DNA of 39,500 nt from a virus. The stretch is from the UHGV virus genome UHGV-0205585; one strand, 5' to 3'. The notes beneath the pieces were generated by a model. That model was not told where the DNA came from. It did no database searches and saw nothing but the letters and a program-made list of their open reading frames with translations. Below, one piece after another: positions 7,087-15,534 of this stretch (positions within the stretch are counted from its first letter, which is position 1; the number at the start of each line of letters is the position of its first letter). The translations under genes were made by a program, and so were the position numbers.

Positions 7087-7920
7087 TTATTGTTCGCTAA
7101 TCCTCTTTAGCATTTCTGCGCTGTTTTTCTGTGCTATGTATTCCCTTACAGACTCTTCTGGAAACTGGATCTGGAATGTGCTCTCTCTTATGCGCGTTGT
7201 AACTCGCTTATCGTATGGCAATGTATTAACCGATTCATTGCTTGTAATTATCGTTACCCTTTTGTTTGCATATCGGTCATCAATGATGTAGTTAAATCTT
7301 TCCCTTACCCAGTCCGTGGGATTCTCTGCCCCAAAGTCATCGATAACTAGCACCTGTGACGTTGTAATCGCGTCAATAACGCGGCTTTCTGACTCCTGGC
7401 TATCTTTTCCCCAAGTGCGCTTTATCTCGTTTAAAATAGCCGTAGAAGAAGCGAACTTTACTTGTTTATTTTGGTTGTTCATTAATTCATTTGCGATGCT
7501 TGCTGCCATTCTGGTTTTTCCAGAGCCTTTTGTGCTGGAATATATATAAAGCCCCATCCCGCGTTCCTGGTACTCCGAAAAGTTGTTTAGGTATTCCTTA
7601 ATGGTTTTACAGGCTGTTATAATTACCGGCTTGCTTTCTGGCTGCTTGTACACATCTGCACGAAACGTCTTAAGGTCCATTCCCGAAAATGCTTCCGGGA
7701 TCTCTGCAAATCTTACGCGCCTCTTTGCGAGACTTTTCTTCCGGCACTGGCATTCTACTGCAACCTCCAACCCCTGCTCATTCTTTTGCAGTATCCATTC
7801 ATCACCGCCGCATATCGGGCATACATCAGAATCCTTCCCATTCGCCGTCCCCGTAACCGGCGTTGATCGCCTGTTGGATAAGTCCGTCTGTATCCGGTTT
7901 AACATTGCCTCTAGTGTCAC
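7087..7920 (-). CDS. DnaC/IstB-like ATPase (helicase loader)
   Basis: CPIC...CQC zinc motif, GSGKT Walker A, LVIDDFG Walker B, TIITSN; probable GTG start at 7920. Confidence 0.9.
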   Translation of the reverse strand: MTLEAMLNRIQTDLSNRRSTPVTGTANGKDSDVCPICGGDEWILQKNEQGLEVAVECQCRKKSLAKRRVRFAEIPEAFSGMDLKTFRADVYKQPESKPVIITACKTIKEYLNNFSEYQERGMGLYIYSSTKGSGKTRMAASIANELMNNQNKQVKFASSTAILNEIKRTWGKDSQESESRVIDAITTSQVLVIDDFGAENPTDWVRERFNYIIDDRYANKRVTIITSNESVNTLPYDKRVTTRIRESTFQIQFPEESVREYIAQKNSAEMLKRISEQ

Positions 7921-8635
7921 TCTGTCCGCCCCCTTTACTACTTCGGTTTGCATAATAGCCGTCAAGAATCTTTGCCATATTGGCGTCTTTAATCATCCAG
8001 TCAAAATTCGCCATCCAGTTTCTGTTGTTCCTGCCTTTCAAAAAGTCGCTACGTTCCGCTGTTTCAAATAGCGTTTTAAAATCATCGAATTTGTAATTGG
8101 CATATCTGGCTTTTATTGCTTTCTTTCGTGCATCCGATAATGTTGTGGCTCTGGAAAAAGAAATGCAAATGGAATTATACAAATCAATAATTTCCTGGTA
8201 ATCAATTTTTTCTTTAGATACGTTAGTATCTTTCTTTATGTTTTGTTTATATCTATGTTTATTTATGTCTACGGTTTGGGCTACTGTATTTACTACTGTT
8301 TCTACTTCGCTTTGTACTACTGTATTTACTTCGGTTTGTACTACGTTTTTGAAAGTAAAAGATATAAGTTTATATTTATTTGGGCTGCCCTTTTTCCCTT
8401 TTTGGTATTCGATTAAACCAGCTTTTATGAGTTCGTCCCTCACTTTTATAAATGTAGCTTCTCGACTCATTTGCATGGCTGCCATTAATCTTAGGTTATC
8501 TACTGTAACCCACTCGCTCCACCCGCTTTTGTTAAACATGAACATAAGTTTGTACCATAATAACTGCGACGAGATCGGCAAGTAGTTAGTTTCGAGCCAT
8601 CGTTCAAAGGCGTTAATCTCTGTAATATAATTCAA
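7826..8635 (-). CDS. Phage replication initiator (replisome organizer)
   Basis: N-terminal winged HTH, central repeats, C-terminal FLKG..W.ANFDWMIK..N..KILDG.Y; upstream of the loader gene. Confidence 0.8.
   Translation of the reverse strand: MNYITEINAFERWLETNYLPISSQLLWYKLMFMFNKSGWSEWVTVDNLRLMAAMQMSREATFIKVRDELIKAGLIEYQKGKKGSPNKYKLISFTFKNVVQTEVNTVVQSEVETVVNTVAQTVDINKHRYKQNIKKDTNVSKEKIDYQEIIDLYNSICISFSRATTLSDARKKAIKARYANYKFDDFKTLFETAERSDFLKGRNNRNWMANFDWMIKDANMAKILDGYYANRSSKGGGQSDTRGNVKPDTDGLIQQAINAGYGDGEWEGF
8269..8352. repeat. Seven 12-bp degenerate tandem repeats (probable origin iterons)
   Basis: CTACGGTTTGGG, CTACTGTATTTA, CTACTGTTTCTA, CTTCGCTTTGTA, CTACTGTATTTA, CTTCGGTTTGTA, CTACGTTTTTGA; inside the initiator gene next to an AT-rich tract. 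Confidence 0.7.
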
Positions 8636-8643
8636 GCCACCAC

Positions 8644-8997
8644 CTACTTTTTTACGTCCTTATTTTCCATTAAATACTTTCCAGATTCATACTCCTGGTA
8701 AAGTTTTACCCAGTCTTCCAGTTCCATAGTGGCAAGCCATTTATGGTTATTCCTCCTATGCATTACAACCGGTATCTTGCCGTCTTTTGCGTCACGTATG
8801 GATTGTTCCATAGCTTCATAAAGGTTAAGGCGTTCTACCCGCTTACACTCTATATGGACACCTGGAAGCCCGATCACATCCGCATCTCCGTTTGCGCCAC
8901 AGTACTGCTGCGACCTCCGGCATTTGTAACCGTAGGAATTAAGAAACTTTGTAAGCTCCCGCTCCCCGGCTGCACCCTTCTGTTTCCCGTTTACCAT
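8644..8997 (-). CDS. Holliday junction resolvase (Hjc-like PD-(D/E)XK)
   Basis: KGAAGERE...ADVIG...HIECKR motif. Confidence 0.8.
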   Translation of the reverse strand: MVNGKQKGAAGERELTKFLNSYGYKCRRSQQYCGANGDADVIGLPGVHIECKRVERLNLYEAMEQSIRDAKDGKIPVVMHRRNNHKWLATMELEDWVKLYQEYESGKYLMENKDVKK

Positions 8998-9322
8998 GCC
9001 TGTTGCCCTCCTTATCCCAGTTGTTATATGCTGTATCCATAGACCGCTCTTTTAACTCTGATTTCTCTCTTACGGATATACCAATCTTTTTGTACTGTTT
9101 ATACTCAAAGTCATCTATCAGATCAGACTTAACAGGTCGATAATACCCATTGCCAACATTAATAATACAGTCCCCATTATGATTTGCTTTTTCAATTAAT
9201 TTTCTTAATTCCCTGTCGATTTTCTCGTGATCAACCAGTAATTTATTCGGTCTTTTTACTGCGTTTCTGTGGCCATATGTTATACGATTAAAATAGCTTT
9301 CCGCTATTGTTTTTATATCCAT
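8939..9322 (-). CDS. Hypothetical protein, possibly winged-helix
   Basis: AGGAAGGAG RBS; DRELRKLIE...IIN.GNGYYRP pattern. Confidence 0.65.
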   Translation of the reverse strand: MDIKTIAESYFNRITYGHRNAVKRPNKLLVDHEKIDRELRKLIEKANHNGDCIINVGNGYYRPVKSDLIDDFEYKQYKKIGISVREKSELKERSMDTAYNNWDKEGNRHGKRETEGCSRGAGAYKVS

Positions 9323-9445
9323 TTACTGCTCCTTCCTCTCCCGCCACTAAGGGCAGGAGGAAACACGGCTTATAATAGTATTGTGATATATTATCTTGCC
9401 TTTACAAATAATGAATTAGCATTTACGGGTTACTTATATAAAGCA

Positions 9446-10072
9446 TCACTGCCTTATAACAATTCCATATACCTTGTACATTTTTTCAAATACATCCATG
9501 CCCCTTTGATGTGCTATTGTATGGTGTTCCCGGCAAAGACAAATCTTCCGGTAATTACTGTCATCAACTTTTCTCCGATCATTACCCATGCCGATGGTGT
9601 CAACATGGTGTATCTCGCCTTTCCTGCCACATACAGCGCACTTTTTGTGCTTAATGCAGAAATATAGGTACTTGCCTATATCGTCCGTTCTATCGACTCC
9701 TAAATCGCTTAAGGGTACACCGTTTTCAAGCGCAAATTCCATCAGGGTGTTTATATATTCCCTGGCGGTATCCATAGTGCAATCGGATAGGCTAAAATAC
9801 TTACAACCGGTTCGCTTTATCTGATGATACTTCATTATTTCCTTTACATCTTCCGGCGCATCTCCGTTCCATTTAGCGATGTCAGAAAGTGTTGCATAGG
9901 CTTTTTTTCTTTGATATATAGAAATATACCGTCCATCATCAAAACGCATCTCTGCATGACGGATATGCTTATCCAGAACCATATCTTTTATGTACTTCCC
10001 CGGAATAGAAATAAGTAATTCTGTTCCGTTCTGATCCTCTTTTATTTTGGATATTCTAACTATTTCGTACAT
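9446..10072 (-). CDS. Putative HNHc nuclease
   Basis: CAVCG..GEIHHVD.IGMG.DR...CLCREHHT.AH. Confidence 0.85.
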   Translation of the reverse strand: MYEIVRISKIKEDQNGTELLISIPGKYIKDMVLDKHIRHAEMRFDDGRYISIYQRKKAYATLSDIAKWNGDAPEDVKEIMKYHQIKRTGCKYFSLSDCTMDTAREYINTLMEFALENGVPLSDLGVDRTDDIGKYLYFCIKHKKCAVCGRKGEIHHVDTIGMGNDRRKVDDSNYRKICLCREHHTIAHQRGMDVFEKMYKVYGIVIRQ

Positions 10073-10641
10073 TACACATCACCAAATTGCTTCTTGAACA
10101 TATTGAGTATTTTTCCTGCTTGTGCCGCTGTTGGTATACCATTTACTTTTTGTTGCTTATAAAGTTTCGAAATATTTACATCATGGTTTTGGCATAATTT
10201 CTTTATAGTATTGATTTGTGCTTCATTTGCTGGTTCTCCTGTGTCGATAGCTTGGTTAGAATCCGGGTCTACTGCGTCATCAAGCAGCAGTAGTCCATTT
10301 AAAGCATATTTCCTTGCGTATGAAGAAGTAGATCCAGTTGTTTGGCTGTCATCCATTTTCGCTTTTGCTTGTGTAGGCTCCTTTGCGGATGCCTTTGCCG
10401 GGATAAACTCATCTGATTCCAAATCATATAAAATCGCAGTGCTAATAATATAATTTGATGAACCTACATTAACGATGTCATCATCAAATTTTAGTAGGAC
10501 TTTATATGGTTCTTCGAACTTCTTAAATGCCTTTAAGATATCCTCTGCACTCCGGTAATTAAAATTACCAAATTCATTGCGTTTTGATTTTGGAACTTTT
10601 ATTTCCTGCTGAATTTTTGATAACTTTTCCTTTAATGTCAT
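10072..10641 (-). CDS. erf: ERF-family single-strand annealing protein
   Basis: NEFGNFNYRSAEDIL and QTTGSTSSYARKYALNGL signatures. Confidence 0.9.
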   Translation of the reverse strand: MTLKEKLSKIQQEIKVPKSKRNEFGNFNYRSAEDILKAFKKFEEPYKVLLKFDDDIVNVGSSNYIISTAILYDLESDEFIPAKASAKEPTQAKAKMDDSQTTGSTSSYARKYALNGLLLLDDAVDPDSNQAIDTGEPANEAQINTIKKLCQNHDVNISKLYKQQKVNGIPTAAQAGKILNMFKKQFGDV

Positions 10642-10793
10642 TCTTTTTCCTCCTTTATCCAATTGCCAGAAAAGAACCAGTCCATAAATTCTTTTTTGTC
10701 CTTGCTGTCCAACAAATCTAAATTTTCTTTTGCGTAAACAAATGCATCTTCCTCAGATACCACTTCATTTGTCGTCATTTCTTTATAAAACAT
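10638..10793 (-). CDS. Hypothetical 51-aa protein (not in ORF track)
   Basis: AGGAGG RBS; MFYKEMTTNEVVSEEDAF...DWFFSGNWIKEEKE*; overlaps the erf start. Confidence 0.7.
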   Translation of the reverse strand: MFYKEMTTNEVVSEEDAFVYAKENLDLLDSKDKKEFMDWFFSGNWIKEEKE

Positions 10794-10822
10794 TGACAAA
10801 ACCTCCTGTTATGCACTATAAT
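10793..10822 (+). promoter_or_regulatory. Sigma-A promoter antisense to the early operon
   Basis: TTGACA-N18-TATAAT. Confidence 0.65.
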
Positions 10823-10844
10823 GCAAATATAATTTTTTTTGAAT

Positions 10845-10882
10845 GGTCCCTATACTTTGGTCGGTGGAGGGACTATTTTTTT
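10845..10882 (+). terminator. Intrinsic terminator
   Basis: GGTCCCT...AGGGACT hairpin followed by A and T7. Confidence 0.65.
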
Positions 10883-11061
10883 ATTAGGCTTAATGTTCCG
10901 AATAATTCGTGAATCTCTTCCGATGTAAATGATTTGCCTGGGTTAATCTCACATAGTGTTTGCAGCCATCCTTCGGAAAATGCAACTGCTTCATACTGGC
11001 ATATCTGTTCTTTAGCAGCACGTTCCTGCAATCTTATTATCAATCGTTTAATTTCGTTCAC
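10873..11061 (-). CDS. Hypothetical protein
   Basis: 62-aa ORF with GGAGGG RBS, within the operon. Confidence 0.6.
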   Translation of the reverse strand: MNEIKRLIIRLQERAAKEQICQYEAVAFSEGWLQTLCEINPGKSFTSEEIHELFGTLSLIKK

Positions 11062-11239
11062 TTGGTTCCCTCCTTCCCGAATCCTCTAATTCCTGCAAAA
11101 AGAAGTAGATTAGTATGCAGATCCAAAAGCCAACTGTTATTGCTTCTGGAAGCGTCCAAGGCGTTTGGAACATGATCTGCGCTGTTTCCATGATGCAGGT
11201 TGTTGCCAGTAGGCTAATTACTTTGTTTTTCAAGGGCAT
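11048..11239 (-). CDS. Small membrane protein
   Basis: 63 aa with two hydrophobic stretches. Confidence 0.55.
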   Translation of the reverse strand: MPLKNKVISLLATTCIMETAQIMFQTPWTLPEAITVGFWICILIYFFLQELEDSGRREPSERN

Positions 11240-11293
11240 TCCTTCTTTCTTTGTTGCTTTATAATCTGATTTAGACCCTTCTCTCCCGGCAAT

Positions 11294-11482
11294 TTAGTTA
11301 AGCCCTTTTAGGAGAAAAGCCAAAATGGTTCCCCACAATATTCCTAACGCTGGATACGTAATGCCAAAAATTTTATTGTGTAACGTATCTTTTTTATTGT
11401 TTCTAATACTGCTTACTTCTACTATAAGAAATGTCAATATCAAAGCTTCCATTAAATTTATGGTTATAATCATATCTATCAC
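11294..11482 (-). CDS. Small membrane protein (2 TM)
   Basis: 62 aa; AGGAG RBS; two hydrophobic helices. Confidence 0.6.
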   Translation of the reverse strand: MIDMIITINLMEALILTFLIVEVSSIRNNKKDTLHNKIFGITYPALGILWGTILAFLLKGLN

Positions 11483-11615
11483 TTCGTTCTCTCCTTCATA
11501 CTGCTTGTCCCACGAGTTACTTTCTAAACTTCCTTGCCATTTCCTTTCTCATCTCCTATAATATTGGTACAGGCTGTTCCAGCAGCCGAGTACATAAAGG
11601 AAGGAGTCATCCACT

Positions 11616-11834
11616 ATGTCCCTAAGCCCAAATGCCGGTAAAGATTTATACTTATTTGAAAAACAAACCGGCGTAGTACATCATCTAAAAAACGAAACCG
11701 AAGATTGTGCGATACTTAAAACCGGAATAAATAATTCTGCCATAGCTGATACGTTTGAACACGCAAGTGATGTGTGTTTATTTAAGTATGGTAAACTTGC
11801 AACTAAATGTAAGTATTGCTTTGAAGAAAAGTAA
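11616..11834 (+). CDS. Counter-oriented moron, 72-aa hypothetical protein
   Basis: Own promoter TTGCCA-N17-TATAAT (11534-11562), AGGAAGGAG RBS, hairpin at 11843-11876; contains H..H, C and CxxC residues. Confidence 0.75.
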   Translation: MSLSPNAGKDLYLFEKQTGVVHHLKNETEDCAILKTGINNSAIADTFEHASDVCLFKYGKLATKCKYCFEEK

Positions 11835-11874
11835 ATATGTGTAACTCTCTGGAATAGCCAATACGTCTGGAGAG

Positions 11875-12366
11875 TTATTCTTTTGGAAGCACGTCAAACT
11901 CAATATTAATTGTAATCTGATGCATTTTCATACCTGGTGCAAAAAGTTTGTGATTAAATATTTTAGCAAACCCCCACATATCATTTCCTGTAAGTTCTAC
12001 TATTGTAGGCTCTGTGATTTTTTCCTCATTAATAATTAGAATTTCATTTTTAAAATCTAAAACTAAATTTTCTAATGTTTCGAATTTTCTCCATTTATTG
12101 TCTGTTACGGATTTCATATAATTCTTAAACGTCTCTTCGTCGAATGACAATTTAGTAGGCATTTTTGTGTGCTTAATATCCAGTACATCAGGTTTAACGC
12201 CTTTCTCTAATAACTCGATATCATCATTAAATATTTTTTGATTTTCAAATCCTTCTGCAGCCGCCCAGCCCTCTGTAGCTGGAATATTTACTACTGTCGG
12301 GGTGGTTATATCTACCCCGTCAATTTTTAATATATTTTTTTCAAAATCCACTATAATACTTTTCAA
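11875..12366 (-). CDS. Hypothetical protein with internal domain duplication
   Basis: AGGAGG RBS, TTG start at 12366; two similar halves. Confidence 0.7.
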   Translation of the reverse strand: MKSIIVDFEKNILKIDGVDITTPTVVNIPATEGWAAAEGFENQKIFNDDIELLEKGVKPDVLDIKHTKMPTKLSFDEETFKNYMKSVTDNKWRKFETLENLVLDFKNEILIINEEKITEPTIVELTGNDMWGFAKIFNHKLFAPGMKMHQITINIEFDVLPKE

Positions 12367-12376
12367 TTTTCCTCCT

Positions 12377-12769
12377 TTAAAAAACGAATGGTGATTTACC
12401 CGTTGATCTGGTCTTTTTATTGATTTCATCAATAATAGTATCTACTGGTAAATATTTTTTCTCTTTTGCGGTTATCAATGCTGCAAGGGCATTTACCATT
12501 TCAGGAACATCGCCGTTTTCATGATATTCTTCGCGTAATTCTGTCTGAACCCAACGGCAGATATCATCAATGGTTTGATCCAGAAGCGACGCCGCCTGTT
12601 GCTCTTTGGGCTTTTCAGCTTCCGCTTCTTTGCAAACAACGTCTATAACTATTTCAGCAATAACCGATCCGTCAGACTGTATTTCTTTTGCTGAAATACA
12701 GCTTAAACACTCAAGTTTAATGCCGTCTAAAAGATATACACCTTTGTTATCAATCGTAAGTTTGTTCAT
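12377..12769 (-). CDS. Hypothetical protein
   Basis: 130 aa; AAGGAG RBS. Confidence 0.7.
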   Translation of the reverse strand: MNKLTIDNKGVYLLDGIKLECLSCISAKEIQSDGSVIAEIVIDVVCKEAEAEKPKEQQAASLLDQTIDDICRWVQTELREEYHENGDVPEMVNALAALITAKEKKYLPVDTIIDEINKKTRSTGKSPFVF

Positions 12770-12800
12770 GTACTCTCCTTTCTACTACTTGTCTAATGGG

Positions 12801-13001
12801 TTACTGGGTAGCTTGATCCCGGTAATACTCCGGGTAAGTTTCAATAAATCTCTCCAGATCAGACCCTCTTACTTTCTTACTGCCCAATTGTAAATGTGGT
12901 AGTTTATTTGAATTAATCAATTCGTAAACTTCATTGACATTTACTAATAAAATTTTTGATACCTGTTTGACGGTATACAGTGGTTTGTACGGCTCTACCA
13001 C
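12801..13001 (-). CDS. xis: Excisionase-like HTH_17 protein
   Basis: LYTVKQVSKILLVNVNEVYELIN..KLP....GSKKV. Confidence 0.75.
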   Translation of the reverse strand: MVEPYKPLYTVKQVSKILLVNVNEVYELINSNKLPHLQLGSKKVRGSDLERFIETYPEYYRDQATQ

Positions 13002-13016
13002 GGAAATTCCTCCTTT

Positions 13017-13283
13017 CTACCCTACCTTTTTGCTAATTGGTTTATTAAATTCGTGTTTCTGAACTTTTTTTGTAAAAAAATGAGAACAATATTCATTACT
13101 TGGAATGCCAAGCATCTTTGATATTTTTACAATTTCTTTTGGTGTAAATTCAATTTTGTTATTTAGTCTTTGGCTTAAAGAAGTGCGGCTCATATTTAAT
13201 TCAGCTGCGAATCTTTGCTGTGTTCTATATACTTCTTTTATTTTCCCTAACAACTTGCTGTAGTCAAATTCGAACTCTTCCAT
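13017..13283 (-). CDS. Cro-like repressor (DUF739/XRE)
   Basis: FDYSKLLGKIKEVY.TQ..FA..L.MS..SLSQRLNNK..F; divergent from cI. Confidence 0.85.
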   Translation of the reverse strand: MEEFEFDYSKLLGKIKEVYRTQQRFAAELNMSRTSLSQRLNNKIEFTPKEIVKISKMLGIPSNEYCSHFFTKKVQKHEFNKPISKKVG

Positions 13284-13305
13284 TACGGTTCCTCCTTATT
13301 TTTTT

Positions 13306-13437
13306 GTTCGTCTTCCTGAACTTGTTATTATAATAGCACTAGTTTTGTCCAAAGTCAATATGTTTTTTCGTCTTTCTGAACTAACTTTAAATTTTTCTGC
13401 GAAAAATGTTGTGTTTTCTGAACAAATATGTTAGAAT
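13306..13437. promoter_or_regulatory. Lysis-lysogeny switch: divergent promoters and GTTC-N8-GAAC-type operators
   Basis: Minus promoter TTGACT-17-TATTAT (13358-13330); plus promoter TTGTGT-17-TAGAAT (13409-13437); operators at 13306, 13366 and 13408, with related copies at 13049 and 13782. Confidence 0.75.
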
Positions 13438-13462
13438 ACCGCTATAAAGAGAGGTTGATAAA

Positions 13463-13837
13463 ATGAATACAATAGCTGATAGAATTAAAGAAGCGCTACA
13501 GGTTAAAAACATGAAGCAAATAGAATTAGTAGAAAAAACTGGCATAGGAAAATCTTCAATAAGCACATATATTTCTGGCGAGTATGAGCCCAAACAAAAA
13601 AACTTATACAAAATAGCTAATGCTTTGGATGTAGATGTTTCGTGGTTAATGGGAAACGATGTCCCTATGAATCCCGAGGCAACCCCTGGTGGAATGAGTA
13701 ATTATGAACTTGCAAATTTAATAAATGATCTTAGAAATGATAACGGGATGCAGCAATTGTTAAAAGGATACAAGGAATTAGGTTCAGAAAACAGAAAGAT
13801 TTATCTAGATTTGCTGTCAGCAATGAAAAAAGAGTGA
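13463..13837 (+). CDS. CI-like XRE repressor without a peptidase domain
   Basis: MKQIELVEKTGIGKSSISTYISGEYEPK HTH plus a short helical C-terminus. Confidence 0.88.
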   Translation: MNTIADRIKEALQVKNMKQIELVEKTGIGKSSISTYISGEYEPKQKNLYKIANALDVDVSWLMGNDVPMNPEATPGGMSNYELANLINDLRNDNGMQQLLKGYKELGSENRKIYLDLLSAMKKE

Positions 13838-13963
13838 TTATTTATCACCCTTATCCTTTGTTTTAGAAATTGTATCGACTATCGACAAGATAAATACCAT
13901 GTCACTGCCATTCATAAAAGGCAGATATTCCATTATAGTGTTCAAAAAAATTTCTTCGCTCAT
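13838..13963 (-). CDS. 41-aa putative SOS-controlled antirepressor (not in ORF track)
   Basis: AAGGAGG RBS; MSEEIFLNTIMEYLPFMNGSDMVFILSIVDTISKTKDKGDK*; abuts the cI stop; lies downstream of a LexA-box promoter. Confidence 0.6.
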   Translation of the reverse strand: MSEEIFLNTIMEYLPFMNGSDMVFILSIVDTISKTKDKGDK

Positions 13964-14048
13964 GCGTATTTCCTCCTTGTTCGCTAAGTTATAATTTTAA
14001 ATTGTCAATCAATTTTAACACAATTGCGCGATAATCACAACATTTTTA

Positions 14049-14107
14049 CGAACAAACGTTTGTCTTTTGTATGTTTACATTATAACTCTTTTAACTTGTT
14101 TAGTCAA
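14049..14107 (-). promoter_or_regulatory. Promoter TTGACT-17-TATAAT with a Firmicute LexA (Cheo) box
   Basis: -35 at 14102-14107; -10 at 14079-14084; CGAACAAACGTTTG at 14049-14062. Confidence 0.7.
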
Positions 14108-14327
14108 ATCAATCTTTTTAGGTAAAAAGATTGATTAAACGCACTTTTTGTACAAAAAGTCAAATTTATTGGTAAATTATGGAAAGTTACTAATTTAACA
14201 CTTTTGGTTTTACCAAGTAGGCAAGAATACGTACCAACTAATCAAAGTATTAGTAAAATGGTAGATATTAACTTTGTGAAAAATCACAGTTTTATAAATA
14301 ATATTTTCTAAAGAAAGGAGACAAGAC

Positions 14328-15533
14328 ATGGCACAAGTAACAGCAAGAAAAAGGGGAAAAACATGGGAATATGGATTCGAAGGATCAAAAATAGGCGGCA
14401 AGAGAAACCGGATAACTAAAGGAGGTTTTCGGACTAAAGGGGACGCTCTTGAGGCAGGGACAAAAGCCTTGGCTGAATACAATCAATCCGGAATGCACTT
14501 TGAACCTTTAAATATTAGTGTTTCGGATTATCTTGATTACTGGCTTGAAGAACATATAAAAAAGAATATGGATTACAACACTTACCTCGATTATGAAAGC
14601 AAGGTGCGTATCCATATTAAGCCTAATTTGGGGCAATACAGGCTATGCGCTCTCCGCCCAGATGCAATACAGAAGTGGATAAATTCCATCAAACAAAAAG
14701 GTTATGCAAAAAACATGGTATCAAATATACTTTCTTGCCTATCTGGGGCATTGAACTACGCAATACAGCCATGTCAGTATATCGAATCGAATCCATGCTT
14801 TTTTGTTAAGGTTCCGCGAATACAGGAAAACAAAATAAAAAAAGAACATACGGATTATATCTGTGGTAAGGAAGATTTTTCGAAAATAATAGATCGATTC
14901 GGACCTGATTCTAATTTTTATATTCCGCTTATGATCGGGTATCACTTAGGAACCAGAATAGGCGAGACTTATGGCATAGATCTGTTTAAAGATGTAGACT
15001 TCGAAAAAGGAGAATTAAAAATTCAACAGCAGGTTCAGAAGGAGGGAAAAAACTGGTATTATCGTTCCCCGAAATATGATTCCTATAGAACTATAAAGTT
15101 AGGTGCTATTATATCTGATATATTAAAAAGGGAAATGATAGAGCGAAAAAAGAACATATTAAAATATGGAGAATATTTTGTAAAAACTTATGTTATGCCA
15201 GATTGCTCTATTGTTCAGTATCCAGCCAGTATTTCTGTTCCATATAGAGAAATTATGCCAGTAAGCGCAAAGGAAAATGGAGCATTGCTAACTCCGCATT
15301 CATTCCATTACTGCGCTAGAGTTATACATTATGAGCTGGGGATGCCATTATTCCATAGCCACGCATTACGTCACACGCACGGAACTATTCTCGCTGAAAA
15401 CGGGGTTAATCCCAAAACCGTAATGGAAAGACTCGGGCACAAAAATATTCAGACCACTTTGCAAACTTATATTTTTAACACGGATAAGATGCAGCAAGAT
15501 GCCGTAAACATTTTCGAGTCTGCTATATCATAA
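14328..15533 (+). CDS. int: Tyrosine integrase
   Basis: Arm-binding N-terminus, SAM-like domain, catalytic R (GTRIGE), HALRHTH, RLGH..I.TT...Y. Confidence 0.96.
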   Translation: MAQVTARKRGKTWEYGFEGSKIGGKRNRITKGGFRTKGDALEAGTKALAEYNQSGMHFEPLNISVSDYLDYWLEEHIKKNMDYNTYLDYESKVRIHIKPNLGQYRLCALRPDAIQKWINSIKQKGYAKNMVSNILSCLSGALNYAIQPCQYIESNPCFFVKVPRIQENKIKKEHTDYICGKEDFSKIIDRFGPDSNFYIPLMIGYHLGTRIGETYGIDLFKDVDFEKGELKIQQQVQKEGKNWYYRSPKYDSYRTIKLGAIISDILKREMIERKKNILKYGEYFVKTYVMPDCSIVQYPASISVPYREIMPVSAKENGALLTPHSFHYCARVIHYELGMPLFHSHALRHTHGTILAENGVNPKTVMERLGHKNIQTTLQTYIFNTDKMQQDAVNIFESAIS

Positions 15534-15534
15534 T

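Noticed and set aside
11209..11236. Self-target of the 30-nt spacer (TAGGCTAATT...TTTGTT.TTTCAA)
   Set aside because: Only a 10-nt exact match; the rest needs several gaps. Compatible with chance in AT-rich DNA.
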